This document shows, piece by piece, positions 57,007 through 64,000 of a DNA stretch of 64,000 bases. The translations under genes were made by a program, and so were the position numbers. Within the stretch, counting starts at the first letter, position 1; every line of letters begins with the position of its first letter. Below the pieces are notes generated by a model that made no database searches, was not told the origin of the DNA, and saw only the letters and a list, made by a program, of their open reading frames with translations. Source of the DNA: Candidatus Latescibacterota bacterium (lineage in GTDB: Bacteria > Latescibacterota > UBA2968 > UBA8231); the NCBI GenBank assembly GCA_965242865.1, contig CBDETK010000013.1:128001-192000 (forward strand), read 5' to 3'.

Positions 57007-59211
57007 TCAGGGGTTGTTGATCACGGCGAATTTGCCGCGCACGGGATCGCCGATTTCTGCCTGCGCGACAAAGTAGTAAATGCCCGACCCCGCGAGAAAG
57101 CCGGTCGCGCTCTGCCCGTTCCAAATGACCGCGCCCTCGCCGGCCGCGCCCTCGAGGACGCGGACGAGTTCGCCGGCCGCCGTGAAAATGCGAACGCCGG
57201 CCCCAAGCGGCAGGTCGGCAAAGGTTAGGGATGCGCCACGGACGCCGATGTGAAAGGGGTTGGGGTACGCGTACGCCCGCGGTCCAACGGCCGTCCCCGA
57301 GCCGCCGAGTTGCAGGCGGCTCATGCCGGCGAGCGTACCAATCCACAACGCGCCGTTTTCCCGGTCGAAGTGGAGCGAGTTGACGCGATTGTTGACGAGG
57401 CCGTCGCTGGTGTCGAGCGCGAACTCAACTTGGCCCTCGGTGTTGATGCGGGCCAAGCCGCCTTCGGTGCCGACCCACATTCGCCCCCAGTCGTCTTCGG
57501 CCAGCGCCGTGGTCGCGGTGGATGGCAGGCCGTTGTCGGTGCTGTACACCCGCCAACTTGCGACAGCAAAATCCGCATTGGCGCGCGAGTAGGTGCCGCG
57601 CACGGCATTGAGGCCGTTGTTCGTGGCGACCCACACCCGCCCCGACCGATCGACGTGAATGTCGCTGATGGTATCGCTCGTCAGGTCGGGGTATGCGGCC
57701 GTGTCAAAGGCCAAGCCGAGCTCGTCGCCGATTGCAAAAGGAGTGCCGCCATCGTCGAAGAGGAAGAAACCGTCGAGCGCCGTCCCGACCCACTTTAGGC
57801 CGTCGGGTCCCACGGCGATTTTGGTCATGTCGCGGCCTAGGGACATGCCAAAGTCCAACTGGCTGTTGAGCGCGGCCCGTTGGGGCGGCCACCCATCCAT
57901 GACGACGAGTCCATTGCGGACGTTGGCGATCCACAGCAAGCCGTTGGCGTCGCGGTCAATGTCGCTGATGGCGACAAAGGCATCGCCGTCAATGCCGGCG
58001 AGCGCCGAGTTGGTGGCGTTGAGGTTGTGCCACTGGCCAGCGGCGTCGCGCACGTCAATGCCCCAACCCCAACTTCCGACCCACAGCAAGCCCTCGGCGT
58101 CGGTCTCTACGGCCGAGACTTTTTCGGACGACAGGTTGGTCCGGCTGGTGTGGGTGGTCCAGCCTTGGCCGTCGAACTCGTACAGGCCAAAAGCGGGCAG
58201 ATTGTCCTTGGGCACGGAGGCGACCCATAGATGACCGTCGGCGGTCTGAGCCATGTCGAAGAAGAAATTGCCTACAGGATCGCGGGGGGGCCGCGGCGGG
58301 TCGGCACCGATGACGCGCAGGCCGCTCGCGCTGGCTACCCACAGCGGGCCACCGGTATCCGATAGGTCGGCGGCGCTGCTGATACCGCTCGCGCTGAGCG
58401 GTTGCCAGCGGTTGCCCTGCCGCAGGGTTAGGAGGCCATCAGCCGTCGCCCTGACGATGCGCCCCTCAAAGAGGCCGAGGGTGACGATGCGGGTCGTGGG
58501 GTACGCGAGCACGGGCGGGTCGAGCGCGGGATGGACGCGCCAGATGCCGTCCACGGCTGAGACGAAGAGCGTGTCTTGATGGACTAGCATGTCGCGCACC
58601 TCGCCTCTTATGGGCGCGGTCTGCCAACTGCTGGGGTCTTGGAGGTTGGGTTGGTCCAAATCCGCCGACGCTAGGCCGTGGACGGTCCCGGCCCATAGCT
58701 GACCGGCAAATAGTGCTAGGCTGGTCACCTCGGTGTCTTTGGCCAAACTTCCCAAGCGGCGATAGGTTTCCTTGACCTCCTCCTTGCTGATGATAAACGC
58801 ACTGACGCCGCGCTCGCTGCCGACGTAGAGGACGTCCCCATGCGGCTTGAGGGCGTTGATGCGGAGGTTTTGGAAGTCGAGAAACGGCGGGTCAAAGCGG
58901 TCTTGCGCCGGCCGATAGCGGCTCAAGCCCTCGGAGTGCGTACCAAACCACAAGTGGCCGTTGGCATCTGCGGCGAGGCTCAAGATGAGGTTGCCCGGCA
59001 GGCCGTCGCGGCGGGTGAAGCGCGTATAGGCTTGGGTCTGCTGGTCGTAGCGCAGGACGCCGCCGTGCGTGCCGGCCCAGACGGCGTTTTGGTGGACGAG
59101 GACCCGATTGATTTGGCGCATACTGGTATAGGCTTCCCATTGGGTGCCGGCGAGCTGGGCGCGGACGGGTAGAGCCAAAAGCAGCAGCGAAGCAAGGTGG
59201 AGCCAGAGCAT
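57007..59211 (-). CDS. Two-component regulator propeller domain protein (PorZ-like) with C-terminal sorting domain
   Basis: Signal peptide, repeated 'D..G.LW.GT..GL' blades, 'AYPNPF...WNG.......SGIY'. Confidence 0.85.
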   Translation of the reverse strand: MLWLHLASLLLLALPVRAQLAGTQWEAYTSMRQINRVLVHQNAVWAGTHGGVLRYDQQTQAYTRFTRRDGLPGNLILSLAADANGHLWFGTHSEGLSRYRPAQDRFDPPFLDFQNLRINALKPHGDVLYVGSERGVSAFIISKEEVKETYRRLGSLAKDTEVTSLALFAGQLWAGTVHGLASADLDQPNLQDPSSWQTAPIRGEVRDMLVHQDTLFVSAVDGIWRVHPALDPPVLAYPTTRIVTLGLFEGRIVRATADGLLTLRQGNRWQPLSASGISSAADLSDTGGPLWVASASGLRVIGADPPRPPRDPVGNFFFDMAQTADGHLWVASVPKDNLPAFGLYEFDGQGWTTHTSRTNLSSEKVSAVETDAEGLLWVGSWGWGIDVRDAAGQWHNLNATNSALAGIDGDAFVAISDIDRDANGLLWIANVRNGLVVMDGWPPQRAALNSQLDFGMSLGRDMTKIAVGPDGLKWVGTALDGFFLFDDGGTPFAIGDELGLAFDTAAYPDLTSDTISDIHVDRSGRVWVATNNGLNAVRGTYSRANADFAVASWRVYSTDNGLPSTATTALAEDDWGRMWVGTEGGLARINTEGQVEFALDTSDGLVNNRVNSLHFDRENGALWIGTLAGMSRLQLGGSGTAVGPRAYAYPNPFHIGVRGASLTFADLPLGAGVRIFTAAGELVRVLEGAAGEGAVIWNGQSATGFLAGSGIYYFVAQAEIGDPVRGKFAVINNP

Positions 59212-59220
59212 GGAAGCGGC

Positions 59221-61671
59221 CTACATCATAGTTAGAGGGTCGATGTTGATGGAAAAGTGGAGGGCGTGCTCTTTGGCGGCCGCGCGCATGGCCGGCAGAG
59301 CGCTGAGGGTGGTTGTGCGCAAGCAGCGCACCGAGGGGCCGCGCAACAGGGCTTGCCAGCGGTAGTGCCCGCGCAGGCGCGCCAGCGGGGCTGGGGCCGG
59401 CCCGAGTACGAGCGCGGCCGCGTCGAGCCCCTGGCGCAGGGCGGCTACGCCCCGTTGGGCGCCGGTTTCAACGGCTCGCTCGCAGGGGCCGCGCCAGCGG
59501 AAGACGATTAGGCGGCCAAAAGGGGGGAATCCCGCCTGCTGCCGCTGGGCCAACTCGCTGTGGGCAAAGGTCGCGTAGTTTTGGCTGGCGGCCGCACGCA
59601 GGGCGTCGTCGTCGGGTAGCAGCGTCTGGATGACGACCTCGCCGGCCGTGGGGCCGCGCCCTGAGCGGCCGGCCACTTGCGTCAGGAGCTGGAAGCTCCG
59701 CTCGGCCGCGCGGAAGTCCGGCAGGTGCAGGCCGGTGTCCGCGGAAATTACGCCGACGAGCGTAACTTCGGGCAGGTCGAGGCCCTTGGCGATCATTTGG
59801 GTGCCGAGCAGCACATCGGCCTCGCCCCGGCGGAAGCGCTCGACGAGCGCGTCGTGCGCACCCTTCCACGCGGTGGTATCTACATCCATGCGGATGACGC
59901 GGATGCCCGGGAACTGGGCCAAGAGGGCCTCTTCAACTCGTTGAGTGCCCACCCCGTCGAAGCGCAATTCCGCGCTGCCGCAGGACGGGCACACTGGCGG
60001 CGGCGGGGTCGCATAGTCGCAGTAGTGACAGCGGGTCTCGGAGGCCGCGGGGCGCCGGTGATAGGTCAGGGAGACTCGGCAACTGGGGCACTGGACCGGC
60101 TCGCCGCAGGTGGCGCAGCTAACAAAGGGCGCGAAGCCCCGGCGATTTTGCAACAGGATGATTTTCTCGCCGCGGTCGAGGCGGTCTTGCATCTTGCCCC
60201 GCAGTTCGCGCGAGAAGATGGTTCGCTGCTTCCTTTGGAAAGGCTCCTCCTTCATATCGACGACCCCCACTCGGGGCAAGGGCCGGTCGTCGATGCGGCG
60301 GGGCAAGGTGTAGCGCTGGTACTTGCCCGTGGTGGCATTCCAGTGCGACTCCAGGCTGGGCGTGGCCGAGCCGAGGACGACGACTGCGTTGCCGTGCTGC
60401 CCGCGCACTAAGGCGAGGTCGCGACCGTTGTACGTGAGGGGATGGCTGCTGTCTAGGTCTTCTTGCTTGTACGAGGAGTCGTGCTCTTCGTCCACGACGA
60501 TCAGCCCCAAATTTTCTACGGGCGCGAGAATGGCCGAGCGAGCGCCGATGAGCAGGCGTTGCTCGCGCCGGCGCAAGCGACGCCACGTGTCGTAGCGCTC
60601 GCCGGCCGAGAGCTGGCTGTGGAGGACGGCCACGGCCTCGCCAAAGTGCTCCTTGAAGCGCCGCACCATCTGCCAAGCGAGGGCAATTTCTGGCACCAAG
60701 ACGATCGCCCCGCGCCCGGCCGCCAACGCTTGCGCCGCGAGTTGGACGTACACCAAGGTCTTGCCCGAGCCGGTGACGCCGTGCAGCAGAGCCGGATGGA
60801 ACTTCCGGGCGTCGAGCGCGGCCAACAGGGCGTTGAGCACTTGTTGCTGGTCCGGGGTTGGGACGAGGTCCGGGGGCGCGCCGCTGACGATGTGGGCGAG
60901 GGGATCGCGAACTTTTTCCTCGGCCGTTGACTCGATTAAGCCGCGGTCTTCAAGGGCCTTGAGGACAGCTGCGGAAAAGCCGGCCGCGCGCAGTTCGCTG
61001 GCCGCGGCGGCGGGGTGGTCGAGCAAGTAGCGCAGACAGGCCGCTTGTCGCGGGGCGCGCTTTTCAATGGCGGCGATGGCGGTGGGTGCGGCCGGTTCGT
61101 CGCGCAAGCGGAAGCGGCGTTGGCTCAGGGGGCGGGGCCGCCGGTCTTCGAGCACGGGCGCGATTTCAATGCGGCCGCTGCGGCGCAGGGTACGCATCCC
61201 CTGTTCCAAGCCTTGGCGGCCGAGTCGGCGCTGGAGGGTGCTCACCTTGAGCGAGCCGTTGCGCTGGAGCTCGCCGAGGATGCGCGCCTCAATGCCGGTG
61301 TGGTGGCCGGTGGGCGCGCCGCGCAATTGCACGAGGCGGTTGGAACTGAGTTTGACGCCGGGGGGCAGCGCGGCCATCAGCGCACTGCCGAGGGGGGCCA
61401 TGTAGTAGGAAGCCATCCAGCGGCAGAGCGCGACGATCTCGGGGCTGAGGAGCGAGGTGTCGAGAATTTGTTCAATCGGGCGGATTTTGCTCGGGGGGAT
61501 GTCGCCGGGTGTGGCCGGCCCCAAGACGATACCGGTGAGCCGGCGCTGCACGACCGGCACCAACACCAAGGCTCCCGGCTTTGCTTCCGCGGCGAATTCA
61601 GCAGGTACGCCATAGGTCAACTCGCGCGCTACGGGGGGCGGCAGGGCGACCTCTACGTAGCCTTGGGTCAT
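59221..61671 (-). CDS. priA: Primosomal protein N'
   Basis: 'GVTGSGKT', 'DEEH', 'GSATPS', Zn-finger Cys pairs, 'GTQMIAKGLD', 'QVAGRSGR'. Confidence 0.96.
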   Translation of the reverse strand: MTQGYVEVALPPPVARELTYGVPAEFAAEAKPGALVLVPVVQRRLTGIVLGPATPGDIPPSKIRPIEQILDTSLLSPEIVALCRWMASYYMAPLGSALMAALPPGVKLSSNRLVQLRGAPTGHHTGIEARILGELQRNGSLKVSTLQRRLGRQGLEQGMRTLRRSGRIEIAPVLEDRRPRPLSQRRFRLRDEPAAPTAIAAIEKRAPRQAACLRYLLDHPAAAASELRAAGFSAAVLKALEDRGLIESTAEEKVRDPLAHIVSGAPPDLVPTPDQQQVLNALLAALDARKFHPALLHGVTGSGKTLVYVQLAAQALAAGRGAIVLVPEIALAWQMVRRFKEHFGEAVAVLHSQLSAGERYDTWRRLRRREQRLLIGARSAILAPVENLGLIVVDEEHDSSYKQEDLDSSHPLTYNGRDLALVRGQHGNAVVVLGSATPSLESHWNATTGKYQRYTLPRRIDDRPLPRVGVVDMKEEPFQRKQRTIFSRELRGKMQDRLDRGEKIILLQNRRGFAPFVSCATCGEPVQCPSCRVSLTYHRRPAASETRCHYCDYATPPPPVCPSCGSAELRFDGVGTQRVEEALLAQFPGIRVIRMDVDTTAWKGAHDALVERFRRGEADVLLGTQMIAKGLDLPEVTLVGVISADTGLHLPDFRAAERSFQLLTQVAGRSGRGPTAGEVVIQTLLPDDDALRAAASQNYATFAHSELAQRQQAGFPPFGRLIVFRWRGPCERAVETGAQRGVAALRQGLDAAALVLGPAPAPLARLRGHYRWQALLRGPSVRCLRTTTLSALPAMRAAAKEHALHFSINIDPLTMM

Positions 61672-62531
61672 GGTTGGGCGTCGGGGGCCTCTTCTGTGAG
61701 GGGCAGCAAGGTTATGCCGGCGGCTGTGGCGCGGAAGCGCAGCACTTTATCGGGGTCGCCAAGCTGGCCGTCGCCGAGGAGTTGGCCATCCAACCAATAC
61801 TTCAGGCCGTGGGGACGGGTCGAGAGCACGACGAAGTGGTCGCGGGCCTCAAAGCGGTGGTGCTGGCCGGGCGGGACAATGGCCTCAAAATTTTCGGCCG
61901 CGTCATCCCAGTGGATTTGCACCCAAGTAGAGTCGCGGGCCTCTAGTTCGAGGATGACCGGAGAGGCTACGGTGGCTTGCGGCGCGGGCGCAGGGGCCGG
62001 GGTGATGGCGGGCGCGTCGAGCACCGGCTCGATGCTCGCCGGCGGGGCTGCGGGGGGGGGAGAAGCTGCTGGCTCGGGCTCGGGCGGCGTGGAGACCGTT
62101 TGCGGCGGGGCCGCTAGGGGGGCGGACTCCTCGTCGCCAGCGCCCAAGTAGTAATAGGCCCCGACGAGCAGGCAGCAAGCGCCGATTACCAAGCTAATGA
62201 CGATCAGCGGGGTCTGAGAGCGGTGCTTGGACTTGGACTTGGGCTGCGATGGCAAGACCACAGGGCGGGGGCGAGGCTGGAAGGCCCGACCTTGCTGTTG
62301 GTCGAAGCGGGTCAGGAACGGCTCCGGGTCGAGCCCGAGGTATTCGGCATACGCTTGCAGGGCTAAGCGGGCGAAAACCGGCTCGACCACATCAAACCGG
62401 CCGTCTTCTATGCCCTGCAAGACCGCCAAACTAATGCCGCTCTGCCGATGGACTTCTTCGAGGTCGAGGCCGCGCGCTTGGCGGGCGGCCAACAATTCTT
62501 CTGCGATGGTTCGTTGTTTTTCTTCGCTCAT
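61668..62531 (-). CDS. rodZ: RodZ-like HTH membrane protein (DUF4115-like C-terminus)
   Basis: N-terminal HTH 'ARQARGLDLEEV...IEDG', single TM, Pro-rich linker, 'LEARDSTWV'. Confidence 0.75.
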   Translation of the reverse strand: MSEEKQRTIAEELLAARQARGLDLEEVHRQSGISLAVLQGIEDGRFDVVEPVFARLALQAYAEYLGLDPEPFLTRFDQQQGRAFQPRPRPVVLPSQPKSKSKHRSQTPLIVISLVIGACCLLVGAYYYLGAGDEESAPLAAPPQTVSTPPEPEPAASPPPAAPPASIEPVLDAPAITPAPAPAPQATVASPVILELEARDSTWVQIHWDDAAENFEAIVPPGQHHRFEARDHFVVLSTRPHGLKYWLDGQLLGDGQLGDPDKVLRFRATAAGITLLPLTEEAPDAQP

Positions 62532-63115
62532 TTTGGGCCCTGATCGTTTAGGTCGTACCCCACCGCGCTCAAGAGGACGCAAAGACGAGCTAGCGGCAGA
62601 CCAACTACATTATAATAACAACCGGCGATGCGTTCAATAAAGCGCGCCCCGAGTCCCTGTATGCCATAGCCACCGGCTTTGTCGAGCGGTTCGCCGCTGG
62701 CAACGTAAGCGGCAATGTCGGCCGCGGTCAAGGGCCGCATCTCGACTTGGGTGCAAGCGACTTCCCGCAGGAGCTGCTCGCCGCTGTGGATGGCTAGCCC
62801 GGTATAGACCTGATGGACCCGACCCGAAAGGTGCCCGAGCATGGAGGCCGCATGGGCTGCGTCGGCCGGCTTGCCCCAGATCGCGCCGTTGCTGCAGACG
62901 ATGGTGTCGGCCGCGATGACAGTGGCGTCGGCCGCCACCGCCCGAGCCACTGCGCGGGCTTTGGCCTCGGCCGATGCGAGTGCATAGTCGGCCGGAATGG
63001 ACGTGGCCGGCACTGGCTCGGCCACCGGACTGGGCACGACCGTAAAGGGCAGCGCGAGTTGGCGCAACAGCGCGGCGCGCCGGGGCGAAGCCGAGCCGAG
63101 GACGAGCGGCTTCAC
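62528..63115 (-). CDS. maf: Maf family nucleotide pyrophosphatase
   Basis: 'LGSASPRR', 'ADTIV', 'GKP', 'DKAGGYGIQG', 'NVVGLP'. Confidence 0.93.
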   Translation of the reverse strand: MKPLVLGSASPRRAALLRQLALPFTVVPSPVAEPVPATSIPADYALASAEAKARAVARAVAADATVIAADTIVCSNGAIWGKPADAAHAASMLGHLSGRVHQVYTGLAIHSGEQLLREVACTQVEMRPLTAADIAAYVASGEPLDKAGGYGIQGLGARFIERIAGCYYNVVGLPLARLCVLLSAVGYDLNDQGPK

Positions 63116-63555
63116 GTGGGGGACTCCACCATCAAGGTGACCGGGCCGTCGTTGTGAATCTCAACCTGCATGTACGCGCCGAAGACGCCGCGTTGGGGCG
63201 GCAAGCCTTGGTCGGCGAGCAGTTCGAGAAAGCGCTCGTAGAGGCGTTGGGCCACCGGAGGCGGGGCGGCGTGGACGAAGCTGGGGCGGCGGCCCTTGCG
63301 ACAATCCCCGTACAGGGTAAACTGCGAGATGGCGAGCACGCGGCCGCCCACATCGAGAACCGAGCGATTCATCTTGCCTTGGTCGTCGGCGAAGATGCGC
63401 AGGTGAGCGCATTTTTCAGCGCAGAAGCGCAGGGCGCGCTCGTCGTCGCCCGGGCCGAAGCCGACGAGCAGGACCAGCCCGTGGCCGATTTGGCCGCAGA
63501 GCAGGCCATCGACGCGGACGCTAGCGCGGCTGACGCGCTGGACGAGGACTTTCAC
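63112..63555 (-). CDS. dtd: D-aminoacyl-tRNA deacylase
   Basis: 'VQRVSRASV', 'SQFTL', 'KGRRPSF', 'NDGPVT'. Confidence 0.95.
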   Translation of the reverse strand: MKVLVQRVSRASVRVDGLLCGQIGHGLVLLVGFGPGDDERALRFCAEKCAHLRIFADDQGKMNRSVLDVGGRVLAISQFTLYGDCRKGRRPSFVHAAPPPVAQRLYERFLELLADQGLPPQRGVFGAYMQVEIHNDGPVTLMVESPT

Positions 63556-63639
63556 GGGAGGGGTCAGGGGGTTGGTTGGAGAAATCGGCCATAGAATTGG
63601 CTGTAAATGTATCCCCCGACCTATTGCTGTCAACCAATC

Positions 63640-64000
63640 CTAAAAGCGCCGCTGGCCGCGCTCGAGTTTGAGCTGGGGAATGTCTTTTAATTGGACCTTC
63701 AAAAAGAACGCCCGGTTTTTGTGGAAGGTGCTCGGTTGCACGTTGAGGGTCGTGGTCCAATCGTGGAACTCCTTTTGTAGGGACAACAACTCAGAGGTGA
63801 TGCGCTTGGTGGCCAACAGCCGCGTCCCCGGGGCCCGCAGATTGTAGTTGAGCGAGTAGTTGCAATGCCAGCTCGCCCTCGGGCTCAAGCCGACCGAGGC
63901 CCGCACCCAAGAGCGGCTGGTACTGGCGCGGCGGTGCGAGAAGTAGTGGCTGAGCTGGAAGCGGCTGCCGCGCCGACGGGTGTCGATGTCGCGCATGAGG
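63640..64000 (-). CDS. lptD: C-terminus of a putative LPS assembly protein LptD (partial)
   Basis: Beta-strand pattern and C-terminal 'KEFHDW......P......F.LK..LKDIPQLKLE'. Confidence 0.6.
   Translation of the reverse strand, partial: LMRDIDTRRRGSRFQLSHYFSHRRASTSRSWVRASVGLSPRASWHCNYSLNYNLRAPGTRLLATKRITSELLSLQKEFHDWTTTLNVQPSTFHKNRAFFLKVQLKDIPQLKLERGQRRF

Overview
GC-rich (roughly 60-65% by eye) bacterial chromosomal segment. The futalosine menaquinone genes, CRTAC1/FG-GAP and FlgD-type C-terminal-domain proteins, DUF5916 beta-barrels and many sugar enzymes suggest an FCB-group organism such as Latescibacterota/Gemmatimonadota (inference only). Housekeeping genes (purM, mqnB/D, murD, argC, dut, priA, rodZ, maf, dtd, lptD, a xanthine-dehydrogenase-family trio) are interleaved with lower-GC accessory inserts. 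I saw no integrase, transposase, rRNA or tRNA. The most striking feature is a repeated architecture at convergent gene junctions: X-> cargo <-Y' | filler | X'-> cargo <-Y. Defence-type cargo (a Menshen-like DUF262/DUF3696 triplet, an orphan N6-adenine methylase, a HEPN pair) is stacked between extra copies of the 3' tips of the flanking genes. These tips differ from the intact genes mostly at synonymous positions, so they look like orthologue ends imported from relatives together with the cargo. Two genes missed by the ORF track have an in-frame TGA at a Cys position followed by a SECIS-like hairpin: an ArsC-family UxxC protein (26909-27259) and a DUF5069-like protein (37578-37844) coupled to an FAD/NAD reductase. 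Other points of note are a GH26-like lipoprotein lacking both catalytic glutamates, a frameshifted AlbA/HATPase gene bracketed by ~108-bp direct repeats next to a lone type I-E-like CRISPR repeat, a captured hisE-hisG' fragment, and a 2-kb duplicated gene-fragment mosaic joined at microhomologies.
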